Positions 52,669 through 64,000 of a stretch of DNA of 64,000 bases are shown one piece after another. Under the pieces are notes generated by a model. It was not told the origin of the DNA, ran no database searches, and was given only the letters and a program-made list of their open reading frames with translations. Source of the DNA: Camelus ferus. Its lineage: Eukaryota. The stretch's first letter is position 1. Every line of letters begins with the position of its first letter. A program made the translations under genes and the position numbers. The stretch is from positions 56,298,001 through 56,362,000 of the forward strand of contig NC_045696.1 of assembly GCF_009834535.1 (NCBI RefSeq). The letters run 5' to 3'.

Positions 52669-52764
52669 CTTGCATCCCAAAACGAGAGCAATCCAGACAT
52701 CAGAGTACCGGGAAGCACAGAAGTGTGTGCTGGTCAGAGAGCAGGACACATCTCTCCCTGTCAC
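52669..52764 (-). CDS. GPR156: GPR156 coding exon (ECL2-TM5): VTGRDVSCSLTSTHFCASRYSDVWIALVLGCK
   Basis: Manual translation. Acceptor ccctcctAG, donor AAG|GTTGGT; 96 bp, phase 0-0. Confidence 0.95.
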
Positions 52765-53184
52765 CTAGGAGGGACACGGAGTCAGGACTGAGGGCACCCA
52801 CAATTACCAGGAACATACACATGCGGCAGATCTTTGTAAACATTCTGGATCGTGAATTCCCCTACAGCATATAATTTCTCCCTTAATATGTAAAATCTGT
52901 AACATTTGGGTGAGTCCATTAGAATCTAAAGAGGGTTACTATGAACTGGAGGAAAAGACGATACAGTTGGGCTGACATGTGGATGCTGGGTGCCAGCAGG
53001 AATTACCCCTGTTACGTGCTTTGCTACTACAGTGATTCAAATTAGCGCATCAGCATAATTACAAGTTATTTCACATCCTGTCCCTGCTATCTGTTAACAG
53101 CGAAAACCTTAAATATTCAATCTGCACTGTCAAGATTCCACTGTATTCCTCAGGCCCTTTATGAGGCTAGAGACATAATACTTC

Positions 53185-53400
53185 CCATTAACTGAACACT
53201 GTATACTGGGCACAGCTGAGTCCTTTTTCTGCATTGTTTCACTTAATCTTCACCACAGCCCTATGAAATAGGTATATTATTATCTCCATTTTTACCTATG
53301 AGGAAATAAAGACTTATAGAGGTTAAACAACTTTCCCACAGTCACATGGCTGCTAAATGGTAGAGCTGGGATTTGAACTGGGGTTGACTGACTCCAAAGA
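53185..53400 (-). mobile_element. MIR SINE
   Basis: cttaatcttcaccacagccctatgaaataggt...tttacctatgaggaaat...ggtagagctgggatttgaac. Confidence 0.8.
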
Positions 53401-53774
53401 ACACCTCAAAATACTACCTTTATTTTTCAACAATTAAGGTAAGGCAACTCTGTGTAGCTGAAAGTTTTCATTATTGATACTGTGGGAGCAGACACTACTG
53501 CCAGGCAGATTCCAGAGTGCTGACATCTCAGTGGATGCGGCTGGAAAACACTTGGGGTGGGAGGAGAAGTGGGTGTGGCAGCACACCCTGCAGACAAGGG
53601 GCAGGCATTCACCACAGCCACAGCTCCTGACTCTCCATCTTCTGTGGGTCATTTATCTTCTTGCTGGGAGGATGCCCACATGGTAAACGCTACAGGGAGA
53701 ATGTCCCCCGTGAACCCACAGAAGCCAGTCCCTCCAGTTCAGGAACTAGATTCTCCAGGGATTGGGCTCCTCAC

Positions 53775-53900
53775 CGTCATACTGACACTGAGAATCTGGA
53801 GGCACTGGATGGGGTCAGTCAGCACCCATGTCATGAGCAGGATCACATCAGCTATCACCAGGGCTGCCACCAACCCCAGGAGCTGTAGGTCTTTGATGAT
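53775..53900 (-). CDS. GPR156: GPR156 coding exon (TM4-ECL2): IIKDLQLLGLVAALVIADVILLMTWVLTDPIQCLQILSVSMT
   Basis: Manual translation shows the W-x-x-x-D-P end of TM4. Acceptor ttttgcAG, donor ACG|GTGAGG; 126 bp, phase 0-0. Confidence 0.96.
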
Positions 53901-54439
53901 CTGCAAAAGAGTCAAGGCTGTAATTTTCCTTTGCTCACTGGCTATGCAACACTAGGGCTCGAGTGTCCTATGTGCTCTGAGCTAAAGGCTCCTAGGTCAG
54001 ACTTCCAAAGGGGCTTCAAATGCAGCCATCAAAGATGAAACAGACAGTAAATATGTGCAAGGATTTCTATGTCTATATCATCATTAAACATTTTCATTCA
54101 TTTATCTTTTCCATATCCTTGCTTTTCCCACAGAATAGTCAAGGGATCTTATAAAATAAATACACTGTTATTTCTAGATATGTTCATATGAGCACATAGA
54201 AGATGTGGAAGTTTTCACATAAACTGTTAACAGCCATTAACCTGGAGGGTGGGATTGAGAGATAAGGGTGGTGAAAGAGAGATTACTAGCATTTTCTCTA
54301 TACATATGTGAATCATTTGACTTAATACAAAGAGAATGTGTTATTTTTGTGGTTACAAAAATAAAATTAAGAAAATATACATATAGCAACAGGATGAAAA
54401 ATTGAAAAATATTAAGGTAAAGAGACAATAAGGAGAATT

Positions 54440-57400
54440 AGGATGAATACTCAGGTGAGGAGAGCACACAGCATTCAAGAACTAGGGCAGAATTGTGGAC
54501 CTGCATTTTTGACAACCAATGAAAAGAAGGAAGCACAACTAGTTACATGATTCATCATGTTTGTAAGATAAAAACAAATCAATTGCTTAATCAAACTACT
54601 CCAAGCCAGTGATAAGGTGAATATCTTCAAATCAACCAGCAAAAAGTGACATATCATGTATAGAGGAACAAATATAAGGAAGACATCAGATTTTTCACCA
54701 GATAGAAGGCCACATGAGAAAACAGTGGAAGGGAATCTTCAAAGTACTAAAGAAAAAAACTTCTTCAATCTAGAATTCTGTATCTAAAAAAAATATTTTT
54801 CAAAAAGAAAAGTGAAGAAGGGAAGGGTATAGCTCAGTGGTAGAGCACATGCTTAGCACCCACGAGGCCTTGGGTTCAATCCCCAGTACCTCCATTAAAA
54901 TAAATAAATAAACCTAATTACCCCCTCCAAAATTAAAAATAAAAAATTAAAAACAAAACAAAACAAAAACAAAAGTGAAATAAAGACTTTTTTCAGATAA
55001 ACAAAAACCAAAAGAATTCAGCATTAGCACACCTGCATGAGAATGTTAGATATCCTAGAAGCAAAACGAAAATGATACCAGATGAAAATATGGATCTATA
55101 CAAGGAAATTAAGAGCTCTGGAAATGTTTAACTTCATGGAAAAATATATGACTGATTTTTTTTATTTAAATATTTTAAAAGGTAACTGTCTAAACAAAAA
55201 ATAATAACAATTGCGTGGGGCTTATAATGCATATAAAAGTAAAAACAACACGAAGATTGGAAAGTAGGGAAATGGAAGTATCCTATTGTAAAGTACTTAT
55301 GCTATATGTGACTGTCAGTTATACAATTATACACAAACTCTTCCAGAAGTTGAAGAAGAGGAAATATTTCCCAATTCATTCTACAAGGCTGGCATTATTC
55401 TGTTACAAAAACCAGAAAAAGATTTTAGAAGAAAAGAAAGCTACAGAGCAACATCCCTTAAAAACATGAATACAAACATTACAAACAACATATTATGAGA
55501 ATGAATCCAACAATATAAGACAAGGATAATACATCATGATCAAATAGAGTTTGTCTCAGGAATGCAAAGTTGGTTTGAGATCCTAAGATCATTTAATGTA
55601 ATATACTGTATGAGTAAACTAAAAAAGAAAAATCATATGCTTAATAGACACACATTAATAGAAAACACATTTGACAAAACCCAACATTAATTCTTTATAG
55701 AAATTCTCAGCAAAATAGGAATGGAAGAGAATTCCCCTAACTAGATAAAGGGCATCTGTAATAAAATTACAGATAAAATCATACTTAGTTTTGATCAAGA
55801 CTTAATGTTTTCCCCACGTGATCAAGAAAAACTCAAAAATGTCTGCTCTCAGCACTCCTACTGAACATCATAGTGGTGTTTCTAGCCAGTGCCATCACAG
55901 AAGAGACTGGAAAGAAACCATCTTTTACAGAAGATGATCATCTATGTAGAATATCTGATGGAAACTACAAAAAAGCTACTAGAACTAACAAGCAGATTAG
56001 CAAGGGTGTAGCATGTAAGATCAGCATACAAAAATTAACTATATTTCTATTTATTAGCAATAAAAATTAGAAAGTAAAATAGAACAGTAACATATATAAT
56101 ATCATAAAAATATAAAATACTTAGGAATAAATTTGATAAAAGAAATGAAAGACTTCCACTGAAAACTACAAAAAAAATTGCTGAGAGAAATTAGAAAAGA
56201 CCTAAATAAATGAAGAAATATATACTGTGTTTTTGGGCTGAAAGACACAACATTATTAAAAAGTCAATTCTCCACAATTTGATCTATAAATTCAACACAA
56301 TCTCCATCAAAATCTCAGCAAAAAATTTGAAGAAATTGGCAAACTGATTCAAAACTTCATATGGAAATTCCACAGACCTAGAATAGCTAAAACAACATTG
56401 AAAGAGAAGAACTAACATTCCTGAAATGAAGATTTAGTATAAAGCTACCATAATACAGTGTTGGTGTCAAAATAAACTACATCAATGAGACAGAGTCCAG
56501 TAACAGATCCACACATCTACGAGCAAATGACTTTCAATAAAGGTGGAAAGGTAACTCAGTGAAGAAACGACAGTCTTTTCAACAAATGGTGCTGGAACAA
56601 TTAGATATCCATATATAAAAAAAATAAATTTCAACCTACAGATCACATCATATTTCAAAATTAAATCAAAATGGATCACAGACTTAAATGTAAAAACAAA
56701 AACTCTTAAAACTTCTGGAAGTAAACACGGGAGAAGAACTTTTGGGGCCCTGGGTTAGGTGAAAGATTCTTAGATCTGACACCAAAAATATAATCTATAA
56801 AAGATCAAAGTAGTCAATTGGACTTCATCAAAATTAGAAACATATTCTTTTTGAAAGACATTCTTAAGTGAATGAAAAGTCACAAACAGGAACAAAATTT
56901 TTGCAATTCATGTATTTGATAAAGGACTGTATCCAATAACTCAATAACAGAAAACAAACAACTAAATTAAAAAAAATAGGTGAGAGATTTGAGCAGATAC
57001 TTTATCAAAGAAAATATATGGATGACAAATAAGCATATAAAAAGATGCTCAACATTGCATCAGGGAAATGCAAATTAAAACACAATGAGATACTACTACA
57101 CACACCTATTAGGATGACAAATGTGAAAAAGATCAATCAAGTCAAATGTTGGGAGGATATGGAAGAAAGGGACTCTCATATACTGTGGGTGGGAATGTAA
57201 AATGGTACAATCACTTTCGAAAACAGGCATTTTCTTAAAATGCTATACATTTACTTAATATGATCCAACTACTCTTAGGTTTTTAACCAAGAGAAAGGAG
57301 CATATGTTTACACAAAGACTTGTATACTAGTGTTCACAGCAGTTTTATTATTAATATCCCCAAACTGGAAACAAACCCAGACACCCATCAACAGGTGAAT

Positions 57401-57800
57401 GGATAAACAAACTAGTTACTCTACACACTGGAATATCACAGCAATAATGAGGAAAGAACCACTGATGCAAGCAACAACATGGATGAATCTCCAAATAATT
57501 TTGCCAAGTAGAAGACAGATAAAAAAGAATACATGCTGTATAATTCCATTTATATAAAATTATGGAAAATGCAAACTAATCTATAGGGACAGAAAGCAGA
57601 TCAATGCTTGCCTGGGGACAGGGACAGGGGATGTAAGAATTGCACAGGAGAGGGAGATGACAAAGTTGTATGAGGAAACTTGCAGATTATACCTCATGTT
57701 TCATGGTCATATAGATATGTCAAAACAGCAAATCATACACTTTAAATATGTGCAGTTCACTGCATATCAATTATATCTCAATAAAGCTATTTTTGAAAAA
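54440..57800 (+). mobile_element. Old, heavily mutated L1M element (ORF1 remnant, ORF2 remnant, 3' UTR), antisense in a GPR156 intron
   Basis: Degenerate ORF2 motifs (caggaatgcaaagttggttt, atacttaggaataaatttga, cttttcaacaaatggtgctggaacaatt); ends in tctcaataaagct. Confidence 0.88.
54817..54970 (+). mobile_element. tRNA-Ala-derived SINE (vic-1-like) nested in the old L1, 9-bp TSD
   Basis: ggtatagctcagtggtagagcacatgcttagc...gggttcaatccccagtacc and an A-rich tail. TSD aaaagtgaa at 54808-54816 and 54971-54979. Confidence 0.9.
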
Positions 57801-58630
57801 AGGAACCAGTGGTCTAGAGGAATGGATGAACTTACTGTCCTTTATACAATCTTTTTCATATGTATGGTTACTCAAAGCAGAGCTTTTGTAAAATATTTAC
57901 CACAATTCAACAATGTTTGCTAAAAAAAAAAGTCTCATCATTCCAGAAAAGTAAACTCTAACTGAGTGATATACTGGGTCTGGGCAGGGCCTATATTGAC
58001 AAAGGGTTTGATGATCAGGCTTGAGGTTTGGGCAGCTTTGCTAGGAAACCTGATAAAGTGGGGGAATGTGGTTAGGATGACACTTGATGTCAGGGACATG
58101 CAGGTATCTGGCTGCCACATAGCTTAGAGGGCTGATTCCGTCTAATCCATGGATGTGCTCTTCCTTGCTCACTGCTCCAGGCTCATCCTTCTTGGTGCAG
58201 AGAATGGCTTCTTATACGGAAAAGAACTGGGCTCCAAAGAGGGAAGAAACTGCTAACTAGCTACAGCTTCTCTGTAACCACTCTCCCTCTGTCCACTTTC
58301 AGCTCACATCTGTGCCAAGCAACAGCCTCTCTGGGCATCTTGCTCTCCCTCATACTGGTGCCAGATAATGGCCAGCTCACACATTCCCCCAGAGCAGTAC
58401 CAGGGCCTGGGGTGCATATGAAGCAGAACCTTTGTTTAAAAATCTATATCCCAATAGCATCGACACAGCCTTCCAGCCTTGGAATTTATGAGGGTACATG
58501 ACTCCAAGGTTTGAAGCAGGAACTTCAGATCGACATAAAAGGGCCAGGCTCAGGAATCTGGCACAAGCTTCTCTAGCTTTTAATCAATAGTGGAGCTGCT
58601 GTCTACAATCAAACAGTGTTGCCTACTCAC

Positions 58631-58741
58631 CACTCTCTTGTCCGGAACCCTCTGGGTAAACACCCTGTAGAGTCGCCAGCTCTTCCCCAGAATGGGACCA
58701 AACACAAGGGAGGTCCCAATGCACAGCATGGACAGTCTTAT
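58631..58741 (-). CDS. GPR156: GPR156 coding exon (TM3-ICL2): IRLSMLCIGTSLVFGPILGKSWRLYRVFTQRVPDKRV
   Basis: Manual translation shows the GABA-B-like K-S/T-W-R TM3 motif. Acceptor cctgtAG, donor GTG|GTGAGT; 111 bp, phase 0-0. Confidence 0.96.
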
Positions 58742-58997
58742 CTACAGGTGAGAAGGGACAGAAGCAAGAGGCATAAGAGGAACCTTTGTGGTTCTCCACA
58801 CATTCTCATCTGCAGAGCCTCAGTCCACAGAGGGCCTAGGGCAGAAAGTGGACCTCACTGACTCAGCGTTCCAGGGATCACCTCTGAAAGTGCCCACACC
58901 AAGGATAAGGGTAACCACCGCCCACAGGAGCAGATGATTTTAAAAATTATCAAAACTTTGGCACTATATTCAAAACAAAATTGAAGACTTCACCTAC

Positions 58998-59133
58998 CTG
59001 AATGAGAGTTTCCATTGAGCTTCCAGCTAAAGCACCTTGATCTCGAATCCCAAAGAGGTAAGCGCTACTGTAAGTCAGACAACTGCCCAGTAAGGTCACA
59101 ATGTTCAGATTGGGACTGGACATCTTCACAATC
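58998..59133 (-). CDS. GPR156: GPR156 internal coding exon (ICL1-TM2-ECL1): (R)IVKMSSPNLNIVTLLGSCLTYSSAYLFGIRDQGALAGSSMETLIQ
   Basis: Carries the class C/GABA-B-type IVKMSSPNLN motif and matches GPR156 as recalled. Acceptor cctatAG|G at 59135-59134, donor CAG|GTAGGT at 58997-58996; 136 bp. Confidence 0.96.
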
Positions 59134-60644
59134 CTATAGGAAACCAGGGAAGAAGACACCTATTGTCATGACCTTTGCCCTGGGAGTGGATAGAGCTTCC
59201 CCACCAGCCTAATCTCCAAAGCAACCTCAGAGTAAAAGGCCACTGGGAAGAAAAAACTTTATACCCTGTGAAACTCTTATGATTTATTTTATTTACATTT
59301 ATTTTCAAAAAGAACTAAATCCTGGCATTTCTTGCTTGTGTAACTCCAAGGCTTTTAAAAGAAGGCCAACTTCCTAAAAACAGGTGGTATCAGAGAAGAG
59401 TTAGGATTTTTCCATGAAGTTTATGGTTGCTAAGAGATTGCTCTATGCAGCCTAGTGAACAATAACTAGCAGGTAGATACCTAAAGAGATACAGCTTGGA
59501 GCCTTTAAAAATGAGCTGTAAGGTAAACTACCATTTGGGAAAAGCTTGGGGATTTTTCATTCACTATTTGCTTTATTTGACACATAAGTTCTTTTTCTGT
59601 TTCTGACCAAGAGAGAAAGAGAAAGCAGGGGTTGAAACCAAGAAATTTGGGAAAGGTCTTTTCTCCAGTGATTTCAAATGAGGTTACAGAGCACATTAAA
59701 GATGAGAGGGAAATGTAAACAATCAGGGTCTGAGACAAACCCTGGGCACCAACAGACGCTCAGGACAAGGTAGAAATACATGAATTAGTTAACCTACAGG
59801 GAAAACCACGCTTATCTTGGATAGTGACCGATAACAATTAAGAAGAAAAGTAACTAGTATCAATTAAGAAGGAATGTAATTGTACTAAAGAGTTTTAGTC
59901 TAAATAGGATATTCTACACAAATGCAATATTTATACTATTAGTCATTTGATAATTATACTTTTATTTTTAAATAATAACTATCTATGGACCTGGATTACC
60001 TGGCTGACCACCTTGAAGGCCAGAGCCAAGGCAAAACCACCTACTTAGAACAGCCTAGTCTAAAGTCCTAAGGTAGCTGGGGGGCATTAAACAAACAGTT
60101 GGGCAGTGCTGGACTTAGAACCATCACAACCACCATCGGCCCAGTTTGTTCACTTTGTAGCTGGCACCATAATTATGTCCACACACACACAGGAATACCA
60201 AACCACTGCCCGGGACTCAGGCCCAAGTATGGTCACTGTGGGCTAGTGAGTCCAGTTGAGCTTTACCTAGTCTATGAGCAGAAACCTTGATTTTTTTTTT
60301 TTTCTTTCTGCCTTTAAAAGAAAGAACAACTTTCATGTATTCCCTTTGTAAATGGGGATGATCATAAAACCAAAGAGTTGTGAGGATTCAATGATGCAGT
60401 ATAGAAAGTATGTGGCACAGGGTCTGGCCTGTAGTAAGCATGTTGCCAACATAGCTGATGGTACTAATCTCACCATCTTCCAGGCTTTAGAAACTGGAGA
60501 ATCACCTTTTCCTTTCCCTGTTTCTTTATTAGCTCTACCTAGTCAATTGCCAGTTTCTTTCACCTGCTATTTCACAATCTCACTGGGCTGTCCCTCACTC
60601 TCCATTTCTGCTGCCACATTTACCCAGGATACAGTCACGTTAGG

Positions 60645-60860
60645 AGCAATGGAACTGGAGTCGGATGTGACAGATGGGAATCTTGGCTCAGCCCATCGCA
60701 GCTCAGTGACTTTCATTGAGTCATTTAACTAGTCTAGGTTCCTGTTTTGTCATTTGTGAAATGAAGATACATCCTCTTTAGTGTCCACCCACAGAGTATT
60801 GTGAAGGTCAAATGAGGTGTGTTCCAAAACTCTTTGGAAACTCTAAGGCAATGCAAAAAT
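60645..60860 (+). mobile_element. MIR SINE
   Basis: ggaactggagtcgga...tcatttaac...gtcatttgtgaaatgaagat...ttgtgaaggtcaaatgag. Confidence 0.7.
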
Positions 60861-62959
60861 ACTAATTTCCAGATTTTTTGATATAACCTTCAGCTCTCTG
60901 TAACACCAGGTTTTCCCCATCCTAATACATTCCATGCATTACTTTCACACTTATTTTGCTAAAATACCAACTTCATCACTGAGCAAGAGAGCTATGTGTA
61001 TAAAGAACAAATTCCTATTGTTCACCTTAAGACTTCTGTAGCCACACTTGAGAGTTAGCCCTAGTCTACCTATTCTTCATTCAGGCTTGCATCCTCAGTC
61101 ATCATGTCTTTAAACCGTGGACTTCAAGAGAGTAACCTTCCCTAGTTTCTTTGTCTCTTCCCATAAGAAAGGGGACTATGTGGTGAATGTTGACTATCAA
61201 AAGAACAAAGTATTTGTTAAGAAAAGTTAACACATTAGAGAGATCAGTGCTGACAATGATTTGAAAAGACAGCCCCACTGACCGGGACTGGCCGCTTGGT
61301 GCAGTCAGAAGCGGAGACAGTGGGACAACCCTGGGTGGGCTCCTGCAAGACCCATGACTGAGGCTGATCTTCCCGAGGGCCTCTCATAAGCTCCCTGCAT
61401 GAGCCACGATTACCTGAGGACGAGGTTCTCCCCAAGCGAGTGCCAGGTTTCAGTCACAGATCTGTGTTGTCTAAATCACTAATGGGTAGGTTTCTTTCTT
61501 AATTCTTCTCTGGATCCATTTTATTTGAACACCACTGTACAATCAGGTCTTCTTTGTGTACTTTAGTGCTGCATGAATCCTGATTTAGAATTTCTCCCCC
61601 TCTTGATTTAGTTAGGAGGAACTCAATTTAGTTTTTTTTTTTTTTGGACAAAAATGTACATTACATAGTCTTAATATCTCAGAAGTTGATGCAAATTCAT
61701 TTTTCAAATGGACATATATATATGTTTTTGATATTCTTCCTAAACAATTTTACTGAAAACTTGCCTCAGGAAAAAAATGAATGGAAGATGATTTACCTAT
61801 TTTGTTTGGCCAAGTTAACACCTGTGAAGTCCCTGAAAGGTGAATCATCTCCAATTCAGCAGGTGACTTACGTAAGTCTAGAGGATGTCTTTGTTACTTT
61901 GATCGGAATTCAACCTCCAATGTCATTTATATTTTTCTATTGAACTAAAAGATGAAGCCTGCATATGCTGAATATTTTAATCAACCACAAACATAATTTC
62001 TACAAAGCAAGAAGATTTAAATACCATATACTTATAAATAGCCCGTCCCATCTATATTACTTGTGTTTCATTTACGAAGAGATAAAAAGCACAGGCTGGG
62101 TTACTGGCAGTCAGAAACAAGGTGAGATTGTTTTGAAAAAGGATTATGTATCTATCTCAGTATCTTTTCCCTTCATTTATTGATTAGCAATGTCAGGTAA
62201 GAGCTTTCTTGATTTTTTTCTTCTCAAGTAAGTTCTCAATACATAGAGATAAATATCCATTTACATCTGCAGATTCTGTGTAAACCTGGCTTATCATTTC
62301 AACAGCCTTTAATGAATTCAGATGCATAAGTGACATCTACCAGCTCACAGTATGACATTTTAAAATTTTTCATCAAAGACGAGTTTCTGAACATGGAAGT
62401 TTATTACACTTGGAGTTATGGAGGACTAACTGGTCATCCTGCTGTTTCTTCTTAATGATGCTAAGGACGGAGTTTGCAAGCATGACCTGAGAATGGGGCT
62501 GAGGGTACCTCTTGGCTTGTTGGGACTATAAGAAAACTTTCCTAAAATGTCACAGGGCCATGCTTTCTAAAATGCTACATGAGTTGATACAAATGGTATC
62601 CTTGAGCTTTAAACATATCTAAAAGCAAATAAGAATGTCCTTCCAAAAAGCTTTTTAATAAAACAAGATTAAATTGTGAAATTTATTGAATTTCTTTTCC
62701 AATCCACTGTTTTTGATCCATGCTACAATGGAATTATAAATCTAACTCATCTAGATATGTATCAAACAGTTTTTATTTCAGTGTTGTCTTGTTGTCTGGG
62801 GTGTTTCAGCAAATGCGATCATTTTGCTTATTTTTAATGTATTAAGTTCAAAATCTTAACCTAATTCAAGTTCTGGATGCCTAAAACTAATATTTGTGTG
62901 ACCTGTAATTATTTATGTTCAAATTTTGTATCATGAGGGCGAGAGCAACCTGACCTTGC

Positions 62960-64000
62960 TTCTTATTCTCCTGCCTGGACCTCCTAGGAGATTTCATTAA
63001 CCTTTCAATCTCCAGATATGAATTCTTTAATCATAACAACTTCACTTTATTCCACTTTCAGACACCCATCCCCAGGTCACACCCTGGGTCTTATGATCAT
63101 TCAAGATGGTTCCATTTCAGAAATTTTAAACACCAATATCCCACTTTCTGATCCCAATGCACCCGAAATTTAACTCCTAGTCTCCTCCCTCAATCTGTTC
63201 TGACATTCTCCCCCAGTTCAGACAGTGGCAACTTCATCTTTCTTTTTGCTTGGACCAAAAACCCTAGAGTCATACCTGACTCTAGCTCACCACCCACATC
63301 CAAGCTGTCATGAAATCCTATTGGCTCTACTCTTAAAATACATCCAGATTCCAAATGCTTCTTACCACCTCTGCTGCCACCACCCTGATCAAAGTCCAAC
63401 TTTGCACATCTCATTTGGACTAATGCACTAGCCTCTTAACTGGTCTCCCTGCTTCTACTCTGGACCCTCCTTAAGGCTATTTTCAGCACAGCAGCCATAG
63501 CTATCACGTCACTTCTCTGCTCAAAATCCTGCAATGGCTTTCCACCTCACTCGAAGGAAAAGCCGAAGTCTCTACCAGGGTCTTCAAGGCCTCCACATTT
63601 GGTCCCAGTTATCTCTCTGCCTCATTTCCTACTTCTTCCCCTTGCCCACTCCTCTCCACCCACCTCCTCTCTATTTCATGAGAACGCCAGGCATTCTCAC
63701 ATTTCTAGGCTTTGAAGTGGCTGAACTCCCTACCTGGAATATGTTAATTCACATGTCAGCATGACTCAATCCCTCTCTCCCTTCGTGTCTTTGTTCAAAT
63801 GCTACTCTCTCAGCCAGGGTTATGATGACAACCCCACTTAAAATCACACTCTTCCACCAGAATTTCAAATTTTTCTTATTCTCTTCTATTCTCTCCATCC
63901 CCATCCCACCATAGCGCTTACTACTTTCTAACATATTACATAATCTACATATTTATTATTCTTGTTATTTACTGTCTTCTGCCAATTAGAATTGTTCAGG
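62960..64000 (+). mobile_element. L2 LINE fragment(s), running to the window edge
   Basis: cctcttaactggtctccctgcttc...cagcacagcagcc...cacttctctgctcaaaatcctgcaatggctt...ttgttcaaatg. Confidence 0.8.

Noticed and set aside
59134..64000. GPR156 N-terminal/TM1 exons or promoter
   Set aside because: I found no sequence encoding the expected N-terminus or TM1 and no CpG island; these presumably lie beyond the window.

Overview
Mammalian genomic DNA, most likely a camelid. This is inferred from three tRNA-Ala-like SINEs resembling the vic-1 family and from not seeing Alu, B1, Bov-tA/BovB or PRE-1 elements. The right half (about 33.4-64 kb) carries the last seven coding exons and 3' UTR of GPR156, a class C orphan GPCR related to GABA-B receptors, on the minus strand. 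All traced junctions are GT-AG and in phase; the N-terminal/TM1 exons appear to lie beyond base 64000. The left half is repeat-rich intergenic DNA (L1, L2, MIR, MLT1, MER5/MER58); by recalled synteny it lies between GPR156 and GSK3B. The best observations are: (1) a +1 frameshift in a G-run near the end of GPR156 that puts the conserved ...KPTLV C-terminus out of frame (real allele or assembly error); (2) a tailless 27-nt U6 snRNA retrocopy and a SINE stacked at one target site, leaving three target-site copies; (3) a tailless L1 fragment flanked by a TSD; (4) two co-oriented CTCF motifs in the intergenic DNA. I found no convincing evidence of a wholly new biological system. Repeat names and boundaries are by eye, and comparisons with human GPR156 are from memory.
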